The translations under genes and the position numbers were made by a program. A DNA stretch of 64,000 nt from Eledone cirrhosa (Eukaryota), in the NCBI GenBank assembly GCA_964016885.1, contig OZ024742.1:326554001-326618000 (forward strand). Reading direction: 5' to 3'. Under the pieces are notes generated by a model, which had not been told where the DNA came from, made no database searches, and saw only the letters and a program-made list of their open reading frames with translations. This document shows, in pieces, positions 28,632-46,251 of this stretch (position 1 is the stretch's first letter; each line of letters opens with the position of its first letter).

Positions 28632-30991
28632 TTAGCTGTATATTTTATGGAATGTTCTGTGGAATTTATGCAAGCAGAGAGAAAACAAGTCAGTGCGTCT
28701 ATTTATTATAGAATCTAAATTAGATAAAATGGTAAATTTCTCACATAAACAGAGATTACATGTCTTGGATAGAGAGGCATTCAAGTATGGAGAGGCAGAA
28801 CAAACCTTCCTCCAAGAGATGTTATAGTTAATATTTTTGTCTTTCAAGGACCATATGAGTTCTGAGGGTGCCGTGTTGGTTCTTTTAAGTTGGTATTTAA
28901 AAGACGAATGATGATTATAAAGACGAGCTTTAAAGGAGGTGGAAGTGGAGCCAAAATAGGTAAAGGAATTGGTGTCAGTTATAACTTTACATTCATAGAT
29001 TAAGTTTTTTTCAAGACAATGGTTGTTGAGAGGACATTTATTTTTAACAGGGCAATTACAATTGCGATTAGAGAAATTAACAGAGTTATTAACAAGTGAC
29101 CTAGTGTTATATATAGGAGGAATTGGATTGGAGAAGTTATTTACGATAGGAATAATAGTTTCTTGATTTAGATTGGGATTAAGAACATTTAACGAAGTTG
29201 CGTTTGACGTTGTATTTTGGGTTTGCAGAAATTAGCCTAGAGTTAACAATGACGTTGGGAGTACTATTACTATTATTATGATATTCAGTGTTGGAAGGAA
29301 GAGATTTAGTATTTAGTATTTTATTGTTGTGTTTAGAGATAATGTTGGAGATGTTGGAGGAGGTCGAATAGGAGAATTTTATAGTGTGTTTGTTAAATAT
29401 TTTACTATAGATATGTGAGGGAGGGAAGCATTTATTTAAGGCACTAAAGAATAATTTAGGAATATTATTATTAATAGAGATGGAGAAAGGAGCATTATAC
29501 CAGATTATGTTTTTGTATCTAGGTCTTTTATTAAAGTTATTGGAATGATCATGATTAATTATTTTACTGTAAGAGCTTCTAGGATTTATTTCTTTACTGT
29601 ATTTGATTTTATCAGGATAACCGGCTTTAGAAAGCGCGTTATTATAGTAATTGGCGTTAGCATCAAAGTTGTTTTTATTAGATGATAGGTTGGATATTCT
29701 TTTTCCAATATTACTAACTATAGCATTCTTAATATTAGTGGGGTGGTTAGATTTAAAATGAACATAATTTAGATTCTCATTGTTTTTGTGGTAAGGGTAA
29801 TATAGGCCAGTGTCAAGATTAAGAGATACATCCAAGAAATTAGCTAGTTTGATGTTGTTATCAAATTTAATTTTTAAGTTATGTTGGTTAAAGAGATTAC
29901 GTATATTGTTCTTAATAATATTAAGGTTAACTATGTTGCAATTTAAGATAGTAAAAAGTCCATCGTCACGATAAATTCCACCGCGAAGTTGAGGAATTTT
30001 CCGATTCAAAGAGTTCAAAATAAAGATACCAATCTGACAATTGGGATGAATTGGATGCACCCATTGTGATGTCAAAGTTATTAAAGGTATCAGCTCCGGT
30101 CCAATATTCATTGTTAAACTCTAGGATGGTTTTATGTGCGGTGAGAATGATGTGAAGTTCATCTGTGGTGATGTCTGAATATTTGTAAGCGAAAGATAGA
30201 GCATTGTTGAGAAGTGAGGGCGAAATAGAAGAATAGTAGCTGGCAATATCAAATTGAATAAATTTTTGTTTGTTTTTCTTATTCAATTTGTTGAACCAGC
30301 CAATCACTTCAGAAGTACCAAACCATAAATTTAAGTTCGAAGTAGAGCAATTAGAACGAATCTGTGGGATAATTCTATCCAAGATGGCTTTGCTAACAAC
30401 CCCCAGATCTGATTTAGAGGGGGCGATTAATCTAACAGGTAGTTCAGTACGAAAGTTGTTTTTGTGAACCTTGAGGTTTATCCTCGGAGTTCTTGGGAGG
30501 AACGGTTCAATCTTTTTTTAATCTCAGAAGCTTCAAAGTTTATGGATTCTAAATTATCATGGTTGGTTTTGCGATATTTTTTCCTAAGTTCCTTAAGGAT
30601 AAGGTTGTTATAGTTATCCTTATATATACCGTATTTGTTTTGTCTGAGTGGACTAAAACATTTTTTTGAGGAATTTAGGTTTAAAATCGTGCTCTTGTCC
30701 TCTGTAAGGGTTTCTCTTGAATTTAAGATTTTTTATAATGTTAGTTAACTCCTCCTCGAATTGCACTAGATTTTTGTTGGAAGGAGGATTTCTTCTAGAA
30801 TTAAATAAATGATCGAGAAAGTTATGTTCCTTGGTATAGAAGTTCCCTTTTAGGCGATGGTCATAGAAAAAATCTATCCATCTAAGCCTTCTCATAAAGG
30901 AGTCAGTTTTTTCAATTAGAAGTTTGGTGAATTCAGATTTACCAGGTATAGGAATGTCTTTAGTTGAAGTGGTTATGTTGTAATAATCCAT
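28632..30991 (-). pseudogene. Frameshifted PLE RT + GIY-YIG endonuclease
   Basis: STKDIPIP..LIEKTDSFMRRLRW; FIQFDIASYYSSI; ITMG; GIYRDDG; NFLDVSLNL; SNHP; CNCPVKNKCPL; CNLCLCEK; several frameshifts. Confidence 0.9.
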
Positions 30992-31204
30992 GTTGTAGAA
31001 GAAAAAGTGAAGGACCATCAAAAGGTATCCAATATGAGAGTTAGCGCTCAACCGTTAAGGAGCAAGTTAATGTAGGAGGTGAGTTTTATTGTAGTACAAT
31101 AAAGCAATGCAGATATCGCACATCAATCTAAAACTACTTTTCATATGTTGATTTAAAACTGCACTATTCACAAGTGTTTTTTAACCTTCATATCATGTCT
31201 CCCT

Positions 31205-31273
31205 ATTTTATCTGATGAAAACGCAAATGTCATCGCATGATGATATTTGTTTTTGAAATGCGCATAATAAAAT
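31205..31273 (+). ncRNA. Hammerhead family A in the inverted pLTR
   Basis: Same fold with a CTGATGA core. Confidence 0.9.
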
Positions 31274-31494
31274 ACATGGAACTCTTTTAACCATCTTTTG
31301 ATCTTATATATTATTTATACTCCAGTCCTACAAACTGTAGAGTGCTACTTATCCGATATCTGCATTGCTTTATTGTACTACAATAAAACTCACCTCCTAC
31401 ATATATATATTTTAAGGAACGATCGACTTTCGTCAAATCGGACCGAGGGAACAATGTTTCCGTTAGTCTTTCCAATTGCTAATACTATCTATCG

Positions 31495-31634
31495 GTCGCA
31501 ACTCCAGATAGAAGGAACAACGTGAAATAAAGTGTCTTGCTGAAGGACATAACGCATCGCCTGGTCCAGGAATCGAACTCACAACCTTAGGATTGCGAAT
31601 CCAATTCTCTAACCATTCAGCCACACGCCTTCAC
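31495..31634 (-). mobile_element. tRNA-derived CORE-type SINE, 5' part
   Basis: Minus strand: ggcgtgtggctgaatggttaga..gagttcgattcc..tgtccttcagcaagacactttatttcacg. Confidence 0.8.
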
Positions 31635-32094
<460 letters not shown>

Positions 32095-32095
32095 A

Positions 32096-32428
<333 letters not shown>

Positions 32429-32621
32429 TTATATATATATATACACACACATATACATATATATATATATATATATATTATTAGAAAGTGAGGTTTTTTT
32501 TACAAAATGAAAAATAACCGAGATGTCCTACACGAGTGAAAGTATAAAAAAAAAAAGATGAAATCGACTATGCAACTGGAGTCTTATTTTTTTAAAAATA
32601 TATTTTTTTTTTATTTGGTTC

Positions 32622-32656
32622 CTTTATAGTTTCGCAGTTCTTCTGCTTTTCAAAAG
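32622..32656 (-). ncRNA. Hammerhead, degenerate stem III copy of 33426
   Basis: ctt-TTGAAAA-gcag aagaa ctgc-GAAA-cta-TA-aag. Confidence 0.55.
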
Positions 32657-33178
32657 TAGAGTTGAGATGGAGGGTCTGTGGTTTTTCTCACATCTGGTTG
32701 GTCTCCGAATGTTACTTGTTTTATATGGAAAAAAGTGGCTTGAAATGCCAGGTTTTTAGAGAAGTAACTTGATTGGTTGGTCAATAATTATAATAAATTT
32801 CGCGCCAGTTCTCGTTACAAAGTTCTTCAAACAAGGAGGGGGGGCACAGATTGTTCTTTCATATATGAGTGTTTGAATTTCTTTTTATTTAAAAAAAGGG
32901 GCTCACGAAGGCTTTTTTTAATTGACGTAATTTAATTGGTTATAAATTAAATTATGACTGTCACGTGAACAAGTTTTCATTAAATTTTCGCGCCCTTATT
33001 TGGAAATCTATTCTGTAGCCTTTTTCGAGAATTTTATGACAAGCAAAAGATAATGGTCAAGAGAAATGGGATGGGAGAATTGTTCTGGTTCAGTGAATAT
33101 GGTTAGTTCGCTGGGGTGTCAGTATTCAGATTTTCTATTGAATAAAGAAATTAAAGACATGTATGTTTATTTGTGTGC

Positions 33179-33290
<112 letters not shown>

Positions 33291-33425
33291 GTTGTTTGTG
33301 TGTGTTTCAATTTCTTTTTACTTAAAACAGGGGCTCACGAAGGCTTTTTTTCCCAATGTAAAACAAGTAACATTCAGAGACCAACCAGATGTGAGAAAAA
33401 CCACAGACCCTCCATCTCAACTCTA

Positions 33426-33461
33426 CTTTTGAAAAGCAGAAGAACTGCGAAACCGGTAAAG
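33426..33461 (+). ncRNA. Minimal hammerhead, U3-A8 core
   Basis: ctt-TTGAAAA-gcag aagaa ctgc-GAAA-ccgg-TA-aag. Confidence 0.75.
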
Positions 33462-33538
33462 GAACCAAATAAAAATATATATGTTTTTTTTAAATTAAGA
33501 CACCAGTTGCATTTTCGATTTCATCTCTTTTTCTATAT

Positions 33539-33623
<85 letters not shown>

Positions 33624-33626
<3 letters not shown>

Positions 33627-33817
33627 CGAAAGAAATGTGGTAAGGAATCAGGTGGACCATAACGCACCAAAGTACTCAATACTTAGGGTAGTAGAGTGGG
33701 TAATAGGAACGAGTAGGATCCCGACGCCTGAGCTCAAGCCGTTTCGACGGCTAATTCTGAGTCCAGAATTAGCCGCCGAAACCGCTTGAGCTCAGCCGTC
33801 GGGGTCCTACTCGTTTC

Positions 33818-33820
<3 letters not shown>
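33624..33820 (-). mobile_element. Second fold-back mini-element from a family E variant
   Basis: Same layout and breakpoints as 31900-32094, but diverged in sequence. Confidence 0.88.
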
Positions 33821-33909
<89 letters not shown>

Positions 33910-33912
33910 TGC

Positions 33913-34000
<88 letters not shown>

Positions 34001-34124
34001 CGGTAAACATTGATGCAATTCAAGTCAAGCACTCAACGTACTTTTTCTACATAGGAGTGACGGAGTAAATATCGAATAAGGAAAAGCGAAGTAGTTTCAG
34101 ATGTTCAAGTCCTTTAATAATAAT

Positions 34125-34198
34125 GCTGTGATATATATTTCAGTAACGACACTGGCCACACTGTTCTGTGTACGAGTGTCGTGTCATCATCAGACAGC
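34125..34198 (-). ncRNA. Hammerhead in a solo PLE terminus (~34008-34740)
   Basis: gctgt-CTGATGA-..acgacact..tacac/gtgtg..agtgtcgt..-GAAA-tatata-TC-acagc. Confidence 0.88.
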
Positions 34199-34750
34199 TT
34201 GTTACATAATAAGGTTGTTTCCGAGGCAATCCAAATTGGATCGACATGGGAACGGATGAATTGCGTGTTTTGGGGTTTTTCACCCGCTCCCTTGTGAGTA
34301 GCAATTCACCCCCACCGGTCTGCGCAAGCGCCTGTCCGAAGGAAGTTGACCATTAGCCACCGCAGATTTCAACGAAATTTGCTTAGTCAGTTCAACCTGT
34401 CAGCCAAAACAATGGCCCACCAATGCCTGTACCATATTTTACTGCTACCCATCACGGCTGTGACAGTCAGCCGAGAGCCGGAGGGGATGGGAGAGTGTTA
34501 GTTTTTACAGGTCATAATACTACCCCTCACTAAGCGTTGACGATACGACTGACCATCACCTTATAAGGGAAAATAAACTTAATTCTAGGTATCATGGTTT
34601 TACGTTGGAAGTTAAGAGTGAGAGTTGGAAATAAAAATTAAAATCCTAAATCAAATATCAGAAATTATAAATTAAACAATTAAGAAATTAACAATTAGAA
34701 ATTAAAGAATTAAAAAAAAGAATTAAAAAAAATTAAAAAATATGTATATG

Positions 34751-34832
<82 letters not shown>

Positions 34833-34887
34833 AAGAAAGGGTGAATATAAAATGAAAGTGCTTTTTTTTTAAAAAGGAATTTATTAG

Positions 34888-35005
34888 GTATTGACATATG
34901 TTTCCGTAACAGACTGAATAACTATGTATCGCTGCTTGCGTAATCATATAATGTTAGCAGGTATTCGATAGCAAATGTATAATCAGTTGTCACTTCTTCA
35001 GATAT
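34888..35005 (-). ncRNA. Hammerhead with long stem II and weak stem I (island 34830-35115)
   Basis: CTGAAGA-a gtgaca actga...tcagt c tgttac g-GAAA-catatg-TC; palindrome ACATATGT. Confidence 0.7.
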
Positions 35006-35180
35006 TTTGGATAAACTGGATAAAATCAGAAAAATTGAAGTATTTATATTAGTAATAGAGGAAGAAACAGAGGGGATAGTATATGACAGATAGTAGATTA
35101 ATTTACTGCTAAACAAGTATATACATATACTTATACATATATATATATATGTATAAGTATATATATATATATATATATAC

Positions 35181-35283
<103 letters not shown>

Positions 35284-35310
35284 CATATATATATATACAT
35301 ATATATATAC

Positions 35311-35406
<96 letters not shown>

Positions 35407-35407
35407 G

Positions 35408-35504
<97 letters not shown>

Positions 35505-35567
35505 GTATGTATATATATATATATATGTGTATATATATGTATGTATATATATATATATGTGTATATG

Positions 35568-35606
<39 letters not shown>

Positions 35607-35611
35607 GTATG

Positions 35612-35700
<89 letters not shown>

Positions 35701-35884
35701 GTATATATAAATATATATATATATATATATAGTAATAATAATAAAATTGAACTCTAAAATCCAAAGAGGGCTCGATAAGGAAAATATATATCAAATATAT
35801 AAGAACCGTAGAGCAAATATTTATTAAAATAAGGGTGAAAGCAGCGATTCTTTGCTTAAACTTTAATCTGTTATTTTAATAAAC

Positions 35885-36066
<182 letters not shown>

Positions 36067-36103
36067 ATATATATATATATATGTATATATAAATATATAT
36101 ATG

Positions 36104-36139
<36 letters not shown>

Positions 36140-36262
36140 TATATAAACGTTTGAATATGTGTAATAAAGCCAAAACAATGCAGGTATGGACATAGAAAAA
36201 AGAATGCAATTGTAAAAGATATTGTTGACAATTCGTCCTTTACCTTGAATTTATTTTAATGT

Positions 36263-36297
36263 CCTTAATTTTCGAGATAATATCTCTTCTTCGGAGG
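36263..36297 (-). ncRNA. Candidate variant hammerhead
   Basis: cct-CCGAAGA-a-gagat att atctc-GAAA-at-TA-agg; U4C, extra A after A9, very short stems; sits at the expected pLTR position. Confidence 0.4.
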
Positions 36298-36718
36298 GAA
36301 ATAAAGGTCTCAAACCAGCGATTTAAATATGTAGCCAAGCCATGCTAACAGGAAATAGTATAGAGTATCTGTTCTATCTCTAATATCAAAGAATTAAAAT
36401 TAGGTGGATAAAGAGTAGTCTCCCTTTAAAAGGGGTTTGTTTAGGGGGTTTTTTGTTTTTATTTTATATACATGCCTGTATAAGTGTGTGGGAGAATGCA
36501 TGAAGGTGTAGGTATGTGTGAGTGTGGGAAGATAGGTCTATTCGTAAATGTGGGGGGTAGGTGTTATCTGGTGTTAGAACTGGTTTTGTGTGTGTATGTG
36601 TGAGAGAGAATAAGTGGAGGTGTAAGTGTGTGTGCGCGTGCGTGTGTCTGTGCGCGTGCGTGTGTCTGTGCGCGTGCGTGTGTGTGTGGGGTGTGTAAAT
36701 AAGGGGCTAGAGGCCCTA

Positions 36719-38590
<1,872 letters not shown>

Positions 38591-38642
38591 CATATATATA
38601 TATATATATACATATATATACATATATATACATATATATATT

Positions 38643-38694
<52 letters not shown>

Positions 38695-38698
38695 TATC

Positions 38699-38771
<73 letters not shown>

Positions 38772-38774
38772 AAG

Positions 38775-38809
<35 letters not shown>

Positions 38810-38819
38810 GTATGTATAA

Positions 38820-38913
<94 letters not shown>

Positions 38914-38923
38914 GTATGTATAA

Positions 38924-38975
<52 letters not shown>

Positions 38976-39019
38976 GTATGTATAAGTATATATATATATA
39001 TATAGTTTTAATATAGATG

Positions 39020-39070
39020 AGATTCTACAGGACTAGAACTGTTTCATTCATTAGAAATCATCAGGAATCT
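39020..39070 (-). ncRNA. Hammerhead family B
   Basis: Reverse complement of 54359-54409. Confidence 0.82.
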
Positions 39071-39787
39071 GGGTATCAAAAAATAAATATGGTATTTATA
39101 GGTCTCTACAAGTGGTAGGAGAGGGTGGGGAGTGGGATGGGTGCAGGTCATTGGTTGATAGAAAAGGGAATTCATTAAAAGCTAATTCTACAAAGCTATA
39201 GATTATTTTTATTTTTATTTATATTTATTTATGTTTTTAGAGTAACAAAGGCAGACAGAATTCTATAAACAGGTTCCGGATGGCATACCATTCCTTGTCA
39301 ATAAGTTTCTCTTAAGCTAACAGATGTCTATAAAATCAGTGGGGGGTCAGTCATGGTCGATAGAATTAAAGAAAAGGGAGATTCTTTAAAAGCTAAAGTC
39401 ATTAAGGTTCTACTAAGTGACAAAGGTCTAGAGAATTCTGCAGACAGATTCAAAATACTGAGTGCATATCTTACTATTATCTTCGAACTTCTCTTAAACT
39501 AATCAACTATATGCCAAAAATCAAAGGACACATTCACAAAAAAACAAAAAAACAAAAAAACAAAAAAACAAAAAAACAAAAAAACACATACTCACTCACA
39601 CACTTACGCGCAACCATAAACACACACACAAACACATATACACACATAAAAAAACACACACACATATATAAAAATATATAAATATATATAAATATATATT
39701 CATGTACACACACAAACATACACACATACATACATACATACACATACAATACATATACATATATATATATACACACATACACACACG

Positions 39788-39851
<64 letters not shown>

Positions 39852-39974
39852 GATACACACACACACATACACATACATACACACACACACATATATATAC
39901 ACAAATAAATACTCACACTCATACATACAAACACGAGTAAACATATGTATAAATATCCATACATACACACATAT

Positions 39975-40017
<43 letters not shown>

Positions 40018-40162
40018 CACATATATATATATACATATACATATATATATATATATATCCATACATATACAAACATACACATACATACACAGACCTATAC
40101 ATAAATATACACATATATATACAGACATATAACGCATATATACACACACATATACATATACA

Positions 40163-40198
<36 letters not shown>

Positions 40199-40203
40199 CA
40201 TAC

Positions 40204-40234
<31 letters not shown>

Positions 40235-40384
40235 CACACACGCGCATACACACATACACACACCCACACACAAAATATATATACACACTCTCTCTCTCAC
40301 GCACATATATATATATATATACACATACACATATATATACATATATACACACACACATATATATATATATATACATATATACAC

Positions 40385-40416
<32 letters not shown>

Positions 40417-40548
40417 ATACACATATATATATATATATACACACATACACACACATACACACATATATATATACATACACACATACACATACACAGACAC
40501 ATACATATACACATATATATACACACATATATATATATATACACACAT

Positions 40549-40582
<34 letters not shown>

Positions 40583-40779
40583 GTAGATAAATCTACCAAG
40601 AGTTTACGGTAGTGTCCAATCCGTATGAAGAACTCAATGTATTCCGGATATCATGGAAAGAAGAAATGTAATGAAAAATCACTTTCGGTGAAAGATAAAC
40701 GGTATACAGAGTCAAGATAAAATATTAAACAAATAATGAATAAACAATGAAAACAGTTCCTTATATTAAACAAAAAAAG

Positions 40780-40933
40780 TTCATTATTTAACGATCGTTT
40801 CTAGGATATATATGTGTTAGAATTGGCATGCATATTCAACAGATCTATGTACAAAATTATACAAAATTATACAAACTATCAAGATTAAATATACATACCA
40901 ACACATATATACGCCGTCTTCAGAAATAATGAA
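40780..40933 (-). ncRNA. Hammerhead family C with ~115-nt stem II
   Basis: ttcattattt-CTGAAGA-long hairpin-GAAA-cgatcg-TT-aaataatgaa; 10-bp stem I; palindrome ACGATCGT. Confidence 0.85.
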
Positions 40934-41573
40934 ATATATTTATTGATAATAACAACAATTCAAAATTTCAGGTCCGTTTGGGAACAAAATTGACCAATGA
41001 AAATACAAAAGGTTTAATGCAGTTCAGTGTGTGTATATACATGTAACTACCCTTACACATATTTTACAAAAATGTATGTACAACTTGTATACGCATATCA
41101 AAAGGATGGATGCAAGTACAAAATTTCAAGGTTAATGTCTCTGTAAGTTTATAATGCACAGATAAGATGCGTATAGACACATAAATATGAAATAAGTGTA
41201 TATACATATTCACATAGTCATACATATCCGTACAATCATACACACACGCGCGTATATGCATAAACATACACATAACTACGAACATACAAACACACACACA
41301 CCCCCACTCACATATATATATGTGGATATAAAATCCTAAGCACATGGATATTAATTCACTCACATAAACACTGGCACACACATTTAGATCAAGATACAGA
41401 AATTAGGTGGGAGGGGGGGAGAGGTCAGTATTCAACGGTTTTGGCAGACTGCTTAATATAGATGTATCTATAAACTAAGAAAATAAAAAATAATAAATAA
41501 TAAATAAACAATAAAAGGAAAGAAAAGAAAAAGAAAAAAGAAAAAAGAAAAAAGAAAAAAGAAATATATCAAG

Positions 41574-41641
<68 letters not shown>

Positions 41642-41815
41642 CATACATACATATATATACATACACACACACACACACATACATATATATATATACACAT
41701 ATACAAACACATACATAGATATACACACATCCACACTTAGAACATACATACACACACATATATAAAAACATATACATATACACACATACATACATATACA
41801 CACATACATATAAAT

Positions 41816-41878
<63 letters not shown>

Positions 41879-42179
41879 TACATACATACACATACATACA
41901 CATATAATCACACATACTATATAGACACACATATATATACACACATACACGCACATATACATACACTTACATACTTATATACATACAGATATAGACATAC
42001 ATACCTATATATACACACAAATACATACAGACATACATACATACATACAGACAAATACTTACGCATCTATATATCGGTATATACATACAAACACCACTAC
42101 ACTCTCACACAACTCAGACATACAAAGAAAAAGGTATATACCTATACACAAATACATATACAAATAGAGAAACATATAC

Positions 42180-42254
<75 letters not shown>

Positions 42255-42452
42255 CACATACACATACATACACACACACATACATACACATACATGTACA
42301 CACACATAGATATATATACACATACATACATACACACATACATATATAGTCATACACACAGATACACCTACACGAACATACACATACACATATATAAAGA
42401 TATATATACACACACACACACACATACACACACACACATATATATAAAATAA

Positions 42453-42503
<51 letters not shown>

Positions 42504-42840
42504 TACATATACATACATACACACATACATAGACATATATGTACATACATACACATACACAGATACATACACACACATACATACATATATATATACACAC
42601 GTAGACATATACATACAAACACACACAACTTACATACACACATATATATTCATATATAGAATTAGATATATATTCATACATACACTCGCACTTACATATA
42701 CTCATATATATAAATACATAGGCATTCATATATGCGTATATACATAGAAACACCAATACACACTCACCCAACTCAGACATACAAAGAAAAAGGCATATAC
42801 ATATATATATATATATACACGCATTAATAGAGATATATAT

Positions 42841-42881
<41 letters not shown>

Positions 42882-43103
42882 CACTTATATATATATACCC
42901 ACACACACATACAACCATAAATACACATACAAACACCCACATATACATATATATACACATATATATATATACACACACACATAAAAAACAGACATGCACA
43001 TATATATTTTTTACACATATATATACACATATATATACATATACACAGCCTCACATATACACACATACACATAAGTTATATTATAATAATAAATAATATA
43101 TAT

Positions 43104-43146
<43 letters not shown>

Positions 43147-43409
43147 CGAATATAGACACATATACACACATAGATATATATATACGTATATATATATATA
43201 TACATACATATACACACACACATATACACACTCACATATATATATATGTGTGTGCAAACACACATATATATACACATACACACATATACACATAAACACA
43301 TATATGTGTATACATGCACACACACACATATATCCACATAGATACGAAGATAGACATATAAATAGAGAGACATACATATATATACACACACACATATACA
43401 TACATACAT

Positions 43410-43458
<49 letters not shown>

Positions 43459-43777
43459 CACACATACACATACACATATATATACACATGCATATATACA
43501 CATATACACATACATACACACATATATATACACACACAATCTTACATTCTTATTTGCATGCGCATATATGTATTTTTATATTCAGATATAAATACCCAAA
43601 CTTATATACACCTACCTACATATATATTCATACATACACACTTACAAACACAGATGATAATAGTATGGGGGAAAGGGGGGGGGGGGGTTGGAGAAGGGGA
43701 TTATAGTAAATATATGTTTCAAGAAACATAGAATATTATCCGTATCTGGATCCAATGTATGTTTTTACATATTTTCA

Positions 43778-45678
43778 AGGATCATAAATCAAACTTTAAC
43801 TCAAATCCTTCTATTAGACTTATATGTCCCTCCAAATCAGATATTGGAATAATTAGCAAAAAAATTTTGGATAGAGTCATCCCACAAATAAGAAAACATG
43901 TTATTTTACCACTCTGGGAAAACACCTCCCAGGTAATTAACTGGTTTAAAAATATTAGATGTAAATCTTCTGCTTCATTTCTACAATTTGATATAGATAA
44001 TTACTATTCTTCTATATCACCTATACTCCTGAACAAAGCATTGATATTTGCTAAAAATAGATCTAACTTAACCTTGGATGACATTAATATTATTACACAT
44101 GCTAGACTAAGACTTATTGAATTTCAGAATGAATACTGGACCAGAAACACATATAGTAATCTATTTGATATTACTATGGGTTCAAGCGATTCCGCCCAAA
44201 TTACTGATCTTGTGGGCCTCTTTCTCCTTTTCAACATAAATGCCTCCTTTCCCCACCACAAAGGTGGTTTATATCGTGATGACTGTCTTCTTCTTTCTAA
44301 CAACCTTAGCCTTTCAGAAATTGAAAAAAACAAAAAACATATTAGAACTTTCCTTAAAGACTATTATAATCTTAATATTACTTTTGAAAAAACAAGTAAA
44401 GTAGTAAATTTCCTAGATATAACTTTAGATTTAGCTACGGGTATCTACCAACCTTACCATAAACCAAACCAAAACTTACATTACATACACTCACAATCTA
44501 ATCACCCTAAATCTATCCTTAAAAACCTTGCATATAATATATCACTTAGAATTTCTAACCTTTCATCTAACCAAGATGTATTTGATAAAAATGCGACCTT
44601 CTATAACGAAGCTCTAGATAGAAGTGGCCACAAAAATAGATTAGAATATATACCTTCTACTAAAAATACTGTAAGCATACAACCTAATATTACCAACAAA
44701 CACCAAATGAAAAGTACACACCTAAATGCCACCCACACTATACCCCAAAATACCAAATCTTCTAATATAAAGTATAGTAACTCTCAAAAAACTACTCATC
44801 ATACAACTCTAATAAATATTAATAATAAAACTCCAAATAAAAAGGATAAAACACCTAAATCTACAAATATAACTAAAAATGGTTGTGGTAAGATCATTAA
44901 CATTAATCCTCCTAGTAAAAATCACGATACAACCTATAAAAATAATAAAAATAATAAACAACATAGAAACCGTAATAGACAGGTTACTTGGTATAATGCT
45001 CCATTTAATTTACAAATTAAGGATAATATTGCTAAAAAAATTTTTTATATCCTAGAGAAAAACTTCCCGCCAAACCACAAATACCATCAAATCTTAAATA
45101 GGTCTACAGTTAAATTCTCATACTCTACAACAAATAACATAAAACAAAATATAAGTGCCTATAATGCATATAAATGTAAGAAAACCATAAGTATACCACC
45201 AGTACATCAAACTAACCATAATATCTCCTCAAATACAGAATTAACGAAAGGTTGTAACTGTAGAAACAAAGCAAACTGCCCATTAAAAGGGAATTGTCTT
45301 GTTAACAACATAGTATATAAATGTAATGTTAAAACTAAAGATTCTATTTGCTCATATATAGGAGCTACCTCTAACAATTTTAAGACAAGGTTTAATACCC
45401 ACAAGCATAGTTTTAAAAATGCCGCACTGGCTAATACAACATCTCTAGCAGAAAAAATCAATAGTTATAAAAATAAGAATATAGAATATGATTTGACCTG
45501 GAGTGTGCTCAAAAGAGCCACCCCTTATCAAAATAATAGAAATGAATGTAGATTATGTTCCCAAGAACTATTTGAAATAATGAAATCTAAGGATATCCTA
45601 TTAAATAAACGACAGGAATTAATTATATCGTGTAATCATAAACTAAAAAAAACATTTAAATATTATAAACCTAATTAA
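43778..45678 (+). CDS. Naiad-type RT + GIY-YIG endonuclease, open but 5'-truncated at KDHK
   Basis: KDHK, RLICPSKSDIG, FLQFDIDNYYSSI, MGSSDSAQITDLVG, GLYRDD, NFLD, SNHP, CNCRNKANCPL, VYKC..YIG, CRLCSQE, LNKRQE..CNH. Confidence 0.93.
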
Positions 45679-46218
45679 TAACATTATTTTAGAAATTAAT
45701 TTAATTTAAATGTTAGTTAACCTATAAATTTAATTTAATTAAAATTCTATTACAGATGAGAATATAAAATATTATGTAATCTTAAATTGTGAAAAACCTT
45801 TAAATATTACTAATATATACTTAGTAATTTAATTTATAGATTAATTTTAATTTATTTAAACCTTTATTATAATTCTTTTACAGATAAAATATAACAAAAT
45901 ATCGTGTATCCAATGACAGAGAAATAATTTTTAGTATTATAGACCTAATTAATATACATTTTAGAAATATATTTATAATTTGGTTTTAATTTTAGTCAAC
46001 CTAAAAATTTAATTTAATTGGCTTAAAATTAGTATCCTTATACAGACGAATTGCAGAATGTCATGTAATCATAGAATGAGATGTGTTTTGGATATATACC
46101 TAGTTAATATATTCTTTGCAATTTTTGAAAAAATATGTATATGTATATGTTGTATGTGTATGTGTGTGTGTGTGTATATGTGTATATATGTATGTATATA
46201 TGTATATATATGTATATA

Positions 46219-46251
<33 letters not shown>

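Larger units (their letters stand above)
27308..31402 (-). mobile_element. Near full-length Naiad-type Penelope-like element (family A) with inverted 5' pLTR
   Basis: ORF remnants, a 1.3-kb 3' UTR ending in an HHR then (TA)n; 31119-31303 is an inverted copy of the 3' end. Confidence 0.9.
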
